Shown: one piece after another, positions 26,354 through 35,127 of the stretch
Position numbering within the stretch: position 1 is the stretch's first letter
Layout: the number at the start of each line of letters is the position of its first letter
NCBI GenBank assembly: GCA_963792215.1
Contig: CAWBVL010000007.1
Span: 855,710 to 919,709 of the forward strand
Source of the DNA: an uncultured Actinomycetes bacterium
Lineage (GTDB): Bacteria; Actinomycetota; UBA4738; HRBIN12
Length of the DNA stretch: 64,000 nt
Direction: 5' to 3'
Made by a program: the position numbers and the translations under genes
Notes under the pieces: model-generated
Database searches by the model: none
Told to the model about the DNA's origin: nothing
The model's input: only the letters and a program-made list of their open reading frames with translations

Positions 26354-28338
26354 CGGGCTGATCCCGCCATGCTCCGATCCGATGCCGGAACCGCGACCAT
26401 CACGGTGGTGCCGGATGCCCCGCTCGTGACGGCGAGCGAACCTTCGAGGGCGTCCACGCGATCCTGGATGATCTGCAGCCCCATGCCGCGCGGCGTCGTC
26501 CTCGCATCGAACCCCGGTCCTTCGTCGGTGATCTCGAAGGTCAAGACATCGCCGTCGAGCGACAGTCGCACCGTGCTCGGTGCGTTCGCGGCGTGACGCA
26601 GCACGTTCTGGATCGCCTGCAGACAGCAGAAGTAGACGCAGGCCTCGACGTCCGCATCGAACCTGCGGTTGGCGACCGAGGGATCGGCTTCGACCGTCGT
26701 CTGGGCGCCGACTTTGCGGATGTGTGCTTGCAGAGCGGGAACGATCCCTTGATCGGCCAGTAGCGGAGGGAACACCCCGCGCGCGAGGTCGCGAAGTCCT
26801 TCCAGGGTGTCGTTGGCGCGCTCGATCAGCGGGTCGAGCTCAGCCGGCTCGTTGACCGCGCGCACCGCGCGGCCGATCTCCAGGAGCTGCCGTTCGGGTC
26901 CCTCCTGGATGTCGCGCTGGAGCCCGCGACGCTGCGCGTCGCGGGCGGTCACCAAGCGCTCACGCGAGACCCGAAGGGCCGCCGCCTGCACGTCGAGCTC
27001 CCGCAACCGGACCCCGAGCTCTTCCGTGAGTCGGACGTTGTGCACGGCAAGGCCTGCCTGAGCGCCGAGGTCTTCGAGCAGCGCGCGTTCTGCCGGCGTG
27101 AGCGGGTCGTTCGCCGGCTTCGTCACGGTCAAGGTGGCGACGGGCTCGCCTTGGTGCACGATCGTCGTGGTCCACGGCTCCGCCGTTCGCCCGCCGGCGC
27201 TCGGTCCTTGCCAGCGCTCCACACGCTCGCCGCCGTCCGGAAGCGCGACGCGGATCGTCACTTCGGCGGCGCCCACGCCGGTGCCGGCCGCCTCGGCCAT
27301 CTGCGGAAGCACCTGTTCGGTCGAGACCGCGTCGGCGACCCGCTCTGAGAAGCCGGCCATCACCTCGTACGGGGTCGCGCGCTCGCCGAACACCAGCCGG
27401 TTGGCGAGCCGCCGTGCCCACACGCGCGCCGGCTGGAACAGCACGGCCGCGATCACGGTGGCAAGCAGGGACGAGGCGCCGGTGAGCGAACCGATCGCCG
27501 CGACCACTGCCACGTAGACCACCGTGATGAACGCCGCGAGCATTGCGAACACGAGCGTCTTCGACAAGACGAGGTCGATGTCGTACAGGCGGTAGCGCAG
27601 GATCGCGATGCCGGCCGCGATCGGGATCAGCGGGACCAAGAGCGCGAACGCCAGGTCGGGCCTCGGGAGTGCGAACACGCCGACCGCGACCCCCACGGCT
27701 GCGACCGCGCTCGCGGCGGTGAACCACTTCATCTGTGCGCGTTCGAGGCCGGCAGAGCGCCGGAACCGCACGACGAGCGAGACGGCGGACGCAAGGAAGA
27801 TCACCGCGTTCAGCAGACCGCCGAACGAGTTCAGCTCATCCGCGAACGATGGCGAGACGAGCTGCATCGGATGCGTCACCCCGGGGAAGTTCTGCGTGAA
27901 GTCCGACGTCACGCCGATGGCGGGCGCGATGAGGACGAACGCGATCGATCCGAGGGTGATCCACACGAGCGCGCGCCAGCGCGGCGTCAGCGGCGAGCCG
28001 GTCGGGAACAGTTGCAGGATCAGGTACACCGCTCCCGAGAGACCGATCGCCGATTGGAAGACCACTCCAACCCACCCCACGCCGGGCAGGTTCCGGGCGG
28101 TCGCTTGATGCGCGTACCCCAGGAGCGCGATGTCGACGGCGACCGACGCGCCGACGAACATCAGCAGCGGGCCGATCGCACGCCCGGCGCGCCGATACCA
28201 CAGCAGCGCGCCGACCGCGGTGGACGCGGCGACGAGCGGGATCCACATCAGGTCGCTCGGCACGTCTTCCAACATGGCACCAGCGACGAGTACCGCCAGC
28301 GACACGACCGGGATCGCCACGGCGAACGCGCGTCTCAT
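26350..28338 (-). CDS. Membrane sensor histidine kinase, HisKA_3 type, paralog K3
   Basis: 'FPTGSPLTPRWRA', 'RYRLYDIDLVLSKT', 'RLVFGERATPYEVM'. H-box diverged to 'RRGLQRDIQEGPERQLLEI' (Gln at the usual His position). ATGA overlap with K2. Confidence 0.75.
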   Translation of the reverse strand: MRRAFAVAIPVVSLAVLVAGAMLEDVPSDLMWIPLVAASTAVGALLWYRRAGRAIGPLLMFVGASVAVDIALLGYAHQATARNLPGVGWVGVVFQSAIGLSGAVYLILQLFPTGSPLTPRWRALVWITLGSIAFVLIAPAIGVTSDFTQNFPGVTHPMQLVSPSFADELNSFGGLLNAVIFLASAVSLVVRFRRSAGLERAQMKWFTAASAVAAVGVAVGVFALPRPDLAFALLVPLIPIAAGIAILRYRLYDIDLVLSKTLVFAMLAAFITVVYVAVVAAIGSLTGASSLLATVIAAVLFQPARVWARRLANRLVFGERATPYEVMAGFSERVADAVSTEQVLPQMAEAAGTGVGAAEVTIRVALPDGGERVERWQGPSAGGRTAEPWTTTIVHQGEPVATLTVTKPANDPLTPAERALLEDLGAQAGLAVHNVRLTEELGVRLRELDVQAAALRVSRERLVTARDAQRRGLQRDIQEGPERQLLEIGRAVRAVNEPAELDPLIERANDTLEGLRDLARGVFPPLLADQGIVPALQAHIRKVGAQTTVEADPSVANRRFDADVEACVYFCCLQAIQNVLRHAANAPSTVRLSLDGDVLTFEITDEGPGFDARTTPRGMGLQIIQDRVDALEGSLAVTSGASGTTVMVAVPASDRSMAGSAR

Positions 28339-30434
28339 GCGGTGCGCACCTCCGAGATGGGCACGCGCCCGCGCACGATCGTGCCCTTCCCGCGAGAGGA
28401 CTCGATCGTCGCGTCCCCGCCGAACACGGCGAGCCGGTCACGGATGCCGGCGAGGCCACTGCCTCCTCCGGTCGCGGCGGGATCGAACCCGACGCCGTCG
28501 TCGCGCACCGAGAAGCGCAGCGCTCCGTCGTCCGCCGCGATCACGATGGTGATCTCGTTCGCGTGCGCGTACTTGGCGGCGTTCTGCAACGCCTCGAGCG
28601 CGGCGAAGTACACGGCCGCTTCGATCTCGATGGGATAGCGGCCCGTCCCGTCCGCCTCCATCCGCACGGGCAGCCCGGAGCGCACGTACTGAGCCGCCAG
28701 CGCGGGGGCGATCCCTTGTTCCTCGAGCAACGGCGGGTAGATCCCGAGCGCAAGGGCCCGCAGCGTGTCGAGCGCGGCGTCGATCTCACCGCCGATCTCT
28801 TCGAGCATCGCGCGGCCGCGAGCAGGATCGGCGGCGATCGCCGTCTTGGCGAGCCGGAGCTTCACCGCAAGGGCGACCAGGTGCTGTTGCGCGCCGTCGT
28901 GGATGTTGCGCTCCAGCCGGCGGCGCTCCTCGTCCTGGGCGGTGACGATCCGCTGACGGGACGCGCGAAGCTCCGCGGCCTGGACCCCGATCTGATCGAG
29001 CCGCGCCTCCAGGTCGGCGGTCAGACCGGCGTTCGCGAGGATCAAGCCGGCCTGGTCGGCGAGTCGGTCGACCAACTCGGCCTCGCCGGGCGTGAGCGGT
29101 TCGCTCGCGCGCTTGTGGACCGCGATCGCGCCGAGCAGATCGCCGTGGTGGCGGACCGCGGCGACGCGATCGGCCTCGATCGGCATGACGTCATCGGCGA
29201 CCGGCAGGGATCGCCGTTCGTCCATATCGGGCCACGAGGCCGCCAACCGAAGCTCGTCGCCCACCCGGAGCCACACCTCCGCGCGGACGGCCGACGTTCC
29301 TTCCGCGATCACGCGCGCCACCCGCGGCAAGACGTCGTCACTCGCGTACGTTTCGCCGACGCGGTCGCCGAACCGAGCGAGCACCTCGTACGGCGTCGCA
29401 CGCGCACCGTACACGAGCCGGTTCGCCCAGCGGTTCGCACGGTCGCGCGCCGGCTGGAACGCGATCGCGACGACCGCGGTCGCGGCGATCCGGAGCGCCG
29501 GCGAATCGGCGAACGAACCGAGCCCGACGACGATCGCGACGTAGATCAGGCCGATGAACGCCGCGAGCACGCCGACCACGACGGTCTTGCGGATCACCAC
29601 GTCGATGTCGAAGAGGCGGTACTGCAGTATCGCGATGCCGATCGCGATCGGGATCAGCATCAACACGAACCCCTGGATGAAGTCCGCGATCCCGCCGGTG
29701 CCGTGGTTCAGCGGGAGCATGAACCACGCGAGGGCGACCGCGCCGGCGAACATCAACCACCGGATCTGCTCGCGTTCGACGCCTCGGGACCGGCGGTACC
29801 GGACCACGAGCGCCGCGACGCACGCCCCGACGGCGAGGAGCACGAAGAAGCTGACGAGGACGCGAGCGGCGTCGAACACCGGCGCGAACCGGTGCCACGT
29901 GTACGGGTTGATCGCCGGGTGGTTGTTGCCGTCGGTGTAGTCGTTCTGTTCGAACGCGAACGACATCGACCACAGCACCATGACGACCGCGACGCCCCAC
30001 GCCACGGGTCGCCACCGCCGGCTCGGGAGCCGTCCGTCGGGGAACAGCAGGAGTGGATACGTGAGGAGCAGGGTGAATATCGGGACCCACGCCCAGTTCC
30101 CGAGCCAGTTGAGGAACACCGCCCCCGGCGCGCCGGGGTGGTCGATCGTCGCCCACTGCACGTAGGTCCCGGCGAAGGAGAAGACCGCCGAGACGCCGAC
30201 CCACACCGCGAGGAAGATCCACCCGATCGGGTTCCTCGGTTCGCGCAACGCGATCGCGAGACCGACCACGCCATACGCGGTGAAGGCGAGACCCTCGGAG
30301 ATCGTCGACAACGGCGTCGGCAGATGATGGGCGAGCCCGAACGCGAGCGACCCGACGAACACCACGGTCGATGCCGTCCACAGCGACCAGGCCAATGCAC
30401 GCCGGGACGGCGCCGGGTGCGCGGCACCCGGCAT
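28335..30434 (-). CDS. Membrane sensor histidine kinase, HisKA_3 type, paralog K4
   Basis: 'RNPIGW', 'FPDGRLPSRRWRP', 'QYRLFDIDVVIRKT', 'RLVYGARATPYEVL', 'RRRLERNIHDGAQQHLVAL'. Start set at the Met of 'MPGAAHPAPSRRALAW' by paralog alignment; the ORF could extend to 30530. Confidence 0.75.
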   Translation of the reverse strand: MPGAAHPAPSRRALAWSLWTASTVVFVGSLAFGLAHHLPTPLSTISEGLAFTAYGVVGLAIALREPRNPIGWIFLAVWVGVSAVFSFAGTYVQWATIDHPGAPGAVFLNWLGNWAWVPIFTLLLTYPLLLFPDGRLPSRRWRPVAWGVAVVMVLWSMSFAFEQNDYTDGNNHPAINPYTWHRFAPVFDAARVLVSFFVLLAVGACVAALVVRYRRSRGVEREQIRWLMFAGAVALAWFMLPLNHGTGGIADFIQGFVLMLIPIAIGIAILQYRLFDIDVVIRKTVVVGVLAAFIGLIYVAIVVGLGSFADSPALRIAATAVVAIAFQPARDRANRWANRLVYGARATPYEVLARFGDRVGETYASDDVLPRVARVIAEGTSAVRAEVWLRVGDELRLAASWPDMDERRSLPVADDVMPIEADRVAAVRHHGDLLGAIAVHKRASEPLTPGEAELVDRLADQAGLILANAGLTADLEARLDQIGVQAAELRASRQRIVTAQDEERRRLERNIHDGAQQHLVALAVKLRLAKTAIAADPARGRAMLEEIGGEIDAALDTLRALALGIYPPLLEEQGIAPALAAQYVRSGLPVRMEADGTGRYPIEIEAAVYFAALEALQNAAKYAHANEITIVIAADDGALRFSVRDDGVGFDPAATGGGSGLAGIRDRLAVFGGDATIESSRGKGTIVRGRVPISEVRTA

Positions 30435-30614
30435 CGTGGTCGCGACGTGTTGCTGCATACGGGTCGATGCTCGCAGCGCGGGGCTCCGCCACCAAGGAGG
30501 GGGTCGCCACCGTTGCCGGCGTGCTGGCACTACCCGCCAACCGTGGTGTCCGCCGGGTCGTTCCCGCAGGTCACGCGGCCTACCGTTCAGTCAGTGATTG
30601 GAGGCGAACGAGAG

Positions 30615-31022
30615 ATGGCAACGATCGTGGTAGGAACCGACACCTCGGCGGCAGCCGATCTGGCGGTCGACGAGGCCGGGCGGCTCGCTCGGGCCAACGG
30701 CGCGGAGCTCGTGGTGCTCCTCGTGCGGCCCGACGGTGATCTTCGCGCGGTGGTCGACCCAGCCAAGGCAGCCGACCCGGAACGACACCTGACCCAACTG
30801 ATCCAACGGTTCCCCGATGTGTCCGTGAAGGCGCGAGTGGAGCACGGCGACGCGGCCGAGCGGATCTGTGAGGTCGCCGGCGAGCTCAAAGCCGAGACCA
30901 TCGTGGTCGGCAACCGCGGCACGAAGGGCTCGTGGTGGAAGGTGAAGGACAGCGTCCCGAACCTCGTGCTCCGGCACGCGCCGTGCAGCGTCTACATCGT
31001 CGACACCCGGCGGGCTCAGTGA
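30615..31022 (+). CDS. Universal stress protein (UspA family)
   Basis: 'MATIVVGTDTSAAADLAVDEAGRLA…ELVVLLV…ETIVVGNRGTKG…VPNLVLRHAPCSVYIV'. GGAGG RBS 12 nt upstream. Embedded at the 3' end of a long antisense ORF. Confidence 0.75.
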   Translation: MATIVVGTDTSAAADLAVDEAGRLARANGAELVVLLVRPDGDLRAVVDPAKAADPERHLTQLIQRFPDVSVKARVEHGDAAERICEVAGELKAETIVVGNRGTKGSWWKVKDSVPNLVLRHAPCSVYIVDTRRAQ

Positions 31023-31047
31023 GCCCAAGGAGGCAAGACCGGTGACG

Positions 31048-31731
31048 CTACGCGAGCTCGGTCTCCCGCAGGAACGCGAGCACGGCCATCACGCGACGGT
31101 GCACGTCGGGTTCTTCGGTGAGACCGAGCTTGTGGAACATCGAGTTGATGTGCTTCTCGACCGCGCGGTCGGTGAGGAACAAGGCCTTCGCGATCGACGC
31201 GTTGTTCATCCCTTGCGCCATGAGCGACAGCACCTCGCGTTCGCGGTCGGTGAGCTGCGCAAGCGGGGAGTGGGCGAGCCGGTCCTTCGCGGCGACGAGC
31301 GACTCGACGACCTTGGGATCGAGCACGCTGCCACCGCGGGAAACCTCGTAGAGGGCGCGGACGACTTCGTCGAGGTCGGCGACCCGCTCTTTCAACAGGT
31401 ACCCGAGCCCGGCGGCGCCGTCCTTCAGCAGGTCGTAGACATAGGCCTCGTCGGCGTATTGGGACAGCACGACGACGCCGGTGTCGGGGTGCTCGGCGCG
31501 GATCTGCCGCGCGGCGCGGATCCCTTCGTCCGTGCCGGTGGGCGGCATGCGGATGTCGGTGAGGACGGCGTCCGGGGTCTGGTCGGCGACCGCGGCGAGC
31601 AGCTCGTCGTAGGAGGCGGCGGTGCCCACGATGGCGACGTCCTCGGCCTCGTGCAGCAGCGCCGCGGTGCCCTCCCGCACAAGGTAGTTATCCTCGGCGA
31701 ACACGATGCGCAGCACGGCCGCATCGTACAC
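31048..31731 (-). CDS. NarL/FixJ-family response regulator (REC plus LuxR-type HTH)
   Basis: 'LRIVFAEDNYLVREG…DAVLTDIRMPP…VVVLSQYADEAYV', HTH 'LTDREREVLSLMAQGMNNASIAKALFLTDRAVEKHINSMFHKLG'. Confidence 0.85.
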   Translation of the reverse strand: MYDAAVLRIVFAEDNYLVREGTAALLHEAEDVAIVGTAASYDELLAAVADQTPDAVLTDIRMPPTGTDEGIRAARQIRAEHPDTGVVVLSQYADEAYVYDLLKDGAAGLGYLLKERVADLDEVVRALYEVSRGGSVLDPKVVESLVAAKDRLAHSPLAQLTDREREVLSLMAQGMNNASIAKALFLTDRAVEKHINSMFHKLGLTEEPDVHRRVMAVLAFLRETELA

Positions 31732-31748
31732 GGGGAGCTACGGGCGAC

Positions 31749-33029
31749 ATGACGATCCGAGTGGTGCTCGGCGAGGACAATGTGCTGGTCCGCGAGGGTG
31801 TCCGCGCACTGCTCGACTCCTACGAGGATGTCGAGGTCGTCGGCGTCGCGTCCGACGCGCCGACCTTGATGGCGGCCGCGCATGAGCATGTTCCGGACGT
31901 CGTCGTCACCGATATCAAGATGCCGCCGTCGTTCCAGCTCGAGGGGATCGACTGCGCGCACGCGATCCGCGAGCAGCACCCGGACACCGGTGTGGTCGTC
32001 CTGTCGGCGCACGACGACGCCGAGTACGCCGTCGCGCTGCTGGGCGAAGGGCACAGCGGCCTTGCCTACCTCTTGAAGGACCGGATCGCGCAGGGCGACG
32101 AGCTCGTCCGCGCGATCCACGAGGTGCATGAGGGCGGCAGCGTCGTCGATCCGACGATCGCCGAGCGGCTCACCGGGAGCCAGCACGCCGACGACCAAGA
32201 CCGCAAGGTGCTGGACATGATGGCCCAGGGCCTCGGCTATCAGGAGATGGCGGCCGCGCTCGGCACGACGCAGGAGGCGGTCGACCGCCGCGTCACGGAT
32301 CTGTTCCGTCGGATGGCCGGTGGCAGCGAGGCCGGCAACGTGGACGATCTGAAGCGGCTGCACGCCGCCGTGGTGCAAAGCTCAGCGTCGTTCGAGACGC
32401 TTCGCTCGTACGTGCCGCAACAGGTGGTCGACGGACTCGCGGCAGACGCGAGCCTCGCCGAGCAGCGCGAGGTTGAGGTGACGGTGTTGTTCAGCGACAT
32501 CCGCGGCTTCTCGACGTTGTCGGAACGGCTCGCGGCGCGCGAGATCGCCGATGTGATCGGGCGGCATCTGCAGGCGATGGCCGAGGTCGTCGCCTCCCAC
32601 GGCGGCACGATCGACAAGTTCCAGGGCGACGCGGTGATGGCGGTGTTCGGCGCGCCGGTGCCGATGGACGATCACGCGCGCTGCGCGGTCGCGTGCGCGC
32701 TCGAGATGCAGTCGCGTCAGCGCGAGCTCAACGCCGAGGGTTGGGGGATCGAGAAGGTCGAGCGCCTCGACGTCGGGATCGGCCTGAACACCGGCATCGT
32801 GATGGCGGGCGCGATCGGCGGTGGCGGCCGGCTCGAGTACACGGTGATCGGCGACGCGGTCAACGTCGCGCAGCGCTTGCAGTCCGAGGCCGCCGGCGGA
32901 GAGATCGTCGCCGCAGCGAGCACGGTCCAGGCATGCGCCGACATCGAGGTCGAGTCGATCGGGGCCCGATCGGTGAAAGGCCGGGAAGAGCCCGTCGAGG
33001 TCTTCCGGGTCCTCATCGCGGACCGATGA
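31749..33029 (+). CDS. Response regulator with REC plus LuxR-type HTH fused to a C-terminal class III nucleotidyl cyclase (CHD) domain
   Basis: REC 'IRVVLGEDNVLVREG…DVVVTDIKMPP…VVVLSAHDD'; HTH 'DRKVLDMMAQGLGYQEMAAALGTTQEAVDRRV'; cyclase 'VTVLFSDIRGFSTLSE', 'IDKFQGDAVMAVFGAP', 'IGLNTGIVMAGAIGG', 'YTVIGDAVNVAQRLQS'. Confidence 0.8.
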   Translation: MTIRVVLGEDNVLVREGVRALLDSYEDVEVVGVASDAPTLMAAAHEHVPDVVVTDIKMPPSFQLEGIDCAHAIREQHPDTGVVVLSAHDDAEYAVALLGEGHSGLAYLLKDRIAQGDELVRAIHEVHEGGSVVDPTIAERLTGSQHADDQDRKVLDMMAQGLGYQEMAAALGTTQEAVDRRVTDLFRRMAGGSEAGNVDDLKRLHAAVVQSSASFETLRSYVPQQVVDGLAADASLAEQREVEVTVLFSDIRGFSTLSERLAAREIADVIGRHLQAMAEVVASHGGTIDKFQGDAVMAVFGAPVPMDDHARCAVACALEMQSRQRELNAEGWGIEKVERLDVGIGLNTGIVMAGAIGGGGRLEYTVIGDAVNVAQRLQSEAAGGEIVAAASTVQACADIEVESIGARSVKGREEPVEVFRVLIADR

Positions 33030-35113
33030 CCATCTCCGACCGAGGCCTCCGCGTCCTGACGTGGGTGGTCCTCGGCGTGATGTTGCTGACCGCGGTCGTG
33101 AGCCTGCTGATGGACAGCGTCAGCGGCTACAAGACCGACTGGGGCTTCGCGGTGATCATCCTTGCGTTCCCGTTCACCGGGTTCGTCGTGCTCCAGAAGC
33201 GACCGCGGAACACCCTCGGCTGGCTGATGCTCGGCATGGGCTTCATCGTGGCGATGCCCTTCCAGGACTACGCCGAGTACGCGCTCGTGAAGGGCCTGCC
33301 CGGTGCGGGCGTCGGCCTGGCGATGTCCGAGTGGTCCTGGGTCCCGTTCATCGGGATCTCCGGGTTCCTGTTGATGTTGTTCCCCGACGGGCATCTGCCG
33401 ACGCCGCGATGGCGGTGGTTCGCCTGGACGTGCGGGATCGGTCTCGTGTCGCTCGCGGCTGTGATCGCGTTCGCGCCGGGGAACTTCGCCGACCTGGGCC
33501 ATCCGGAGATCACGAACCCGCTGGGGTTCCATCCGCTCGATGTGCTCGGCGGCTGGATCTACGTGGTGACGATCTTCGCGCCGGCCGCGGTCGTCGGAGG
33601 AGCGGTCGCGATCATCCGGCGTCTCCGGCGTTCGACCGACCAGATCGAACGCCAGCAGCTGAAGTGGCTCGCGTGGGCGGCGGGCATCATCGCGGCGACG
33701 TACGTGTTCGCGTTCATCCCGGAGCTGGCCCTGGGAACGAGCACGTCCAACTGGAACGACTGGATCGCGCGGATCGCGGTGGGGTCATTCATCCTGATCC
33801 CGATCACGATCGGCATCGCGATCTTGCGCTATCGCCTGTACGACATCGACCTGGTGATCCGTAAGACCGTGGTCTTCGCGGTGCTCGCGGGGTTCATCGC
33901 GGTCGTGTATGTCGCGATCGTCGCCGGGATCAGCGTGGTCGTCGGGAACCTGTCCAGCACCGTCGCGTCGGCCATCGCCGCGGCGGTGGTCGCGCTCGCG
34001 ATCCAACCGGTGCGCCGGTGGGGCCAGCGCACCGCCGACCGCATCGTGTACGGCAAGCGCGCGACGCCGTACGAGGTGCTCACCGAGTTCGGCGAGAACC
34101 TCGCCGAGACCTACGGAGCCGACGACGTGCTCGCGCGCCTCGCCCGCGTGCTCGGTGAAGGCGTCGGCGCGCAGCGTGCGCGTGTCTGGCTCGGCGCAGA
34201 CGGGACGCGGCGCGTCGTCGCGAGTTGGCCTGACGGTGCCCCCGCATCCGGCGGCGACGATCTCGTCGAACCCGTTCGGCACCAGGGCCAGGTGCTCGGG
34301 GCTCTGTCCGTCGCGATGCCGCCGAACGATCCGATCGATGAGCCGCGGACCAAGCTGGTCGACGGGCTCGCTGCGCAGGCCGGCCTGGTGCTCCGCAATG
34401 TCGGCCTCCTCGAGGATCTGCGTGAGTCGCGGCGACGCTTGGTCGCCGCACAAGACCTCGAGCGGCGCAAGCTCGAGCGGAACATCCACGACGGCGCGCA
34501 GCAGCAGCTCGTCGCGCTGACCGTGAAGCTTCGATTGGCGCGTCAGGTCCTCGTGAAGGACCCGTCGCGCGTCGACGGCATGCTCGACGAGCTGGCCGGC
34601 GAGACGCAGCAGGCGCTCGAGGATCTCCGCGACCTGGCGCGCGGCATCTATCCACCGTTGCTGGCGGACCAGGGGCTCGGGGCGGCGCTGGAGGCCCAGG
34701 CGCGCCGGTCGGCGGTGCCGGTGACCGTCGAGTCCGACGCGATCGGCCGGTATGCACCGGAGGTGGAGGCAGCTGTCTACTTCTCGTGCCTCGAGGCCTT
34801 GCAGAACATCGCGAAGTACGCCGGCGCCACCGCCGCGACGATCCAGCTCACGGGTGCGCCGGGCCGCCTCGAGTTCCGGATCAACGACGACGGGGTCGGG
34901 TTCGACGCCGGCGCGACCTCGTACGGAACTGGGCTGCAGGGGATCGCGGACCGCCTGGCGGCGCTCGGCGGGGCGCTCGCCGTCGCCTCGACGCCCGGCA
35001 GCGGGACCGCGATCACCGGGTCCTTGCCCGCCCAGGAGGCCGATGCGAAGGTGAGCCCCGACGGTGCGCCGCCCGCCGTACCGGCGGCGCCGATGGGCGC
35101 TGCGCGCCCGTGA
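33026..35113 (+). CDS. Membrane sensor histidine kinase, HisKA_3 type, paralog K5
   Basis: ATGA overlap with the cyclase-RR stop. 'RNTLGW', 'FPDGHLPTPRWRW', 'RYRLYDIDLVIRKT', 'RIVYGKRATPYEVL', 'RRKLERNIHDGAQQQLVAL', 'DDGVGFD…GTGLQGIADRL'. Confidence 0.8.
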   Translation: MTISDRGLRVLTWVVLGVMLLTAVVSLLMDSVSGYKTDWGFAVIILAFPFTGFVVLQKRPRNTLGWLMLGMGFIVAMPFQDYAEYALVKGLPGAGVGLAMSEWSWVPFIGISGFLLMLFPDGHLPTPRWRWFAWTCGIGLVSLAAVIAFAPGNFADLGHPEITNPLGFHPLDVLGGWIYVVTIFAPAAVVGGAVAIIRRLRRSTDQIERQQLKWLAWAAGIIAATYVFAFIPELALGTSTSNWNDWIARIAVGSFILIPITIGIAILRYRLYDIDLVIRKTVVFAVLAGFIAVVYVAIVAGISVVVGNLSSTVASAIAAAVVALAIQPVRRWGQRTADRIVYGKRATPYEVLTEFGENLAETYGADDVLARLARVLGEGVGAQRARVWLGADGTRRVVASWPDGAPASGGDDLVEPVRHQGQVLGALSVAMPPNDPIDEPRTKLVDGLAAQAGLVLRNVGLLEDLRESRRRLVAAQDLERRKLERNIHDGAQQQLVALTVKLRLARQVLVKDPSRVDGMLDELAGETQQALEDLRDLARGIYPPLLADQGLGAALEAQARRSAVPVTVESDAIGRYAPEVEAAVYFSCLEALQNIAKYAGATAATIQLTGAPGRLEFRINDDGVGFDAGATSYGTGLQGIADRLAALGGALAVASTPGSGTAITGSLPAQEADAKVSPDGAPPAVPAAPMGAARP

Positions 35114-35127
35114 CGAGAGGGGATCCG

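Noticed and set aside
28563-31022. 819-aa plus-strand ORF
   Set aside because: About 680 aa are antisense to kinase K4 (low-complexity Arg/Asp/Glu). Only the final 136 codons, from the ATG at 30615 with a GGAGG RBS, form a credible gene (usp).
30591-31028. 145-aa minus-strand ORF
   Set aside because: Exactly antisense to the usp gene; no RBS and an implausible composition.
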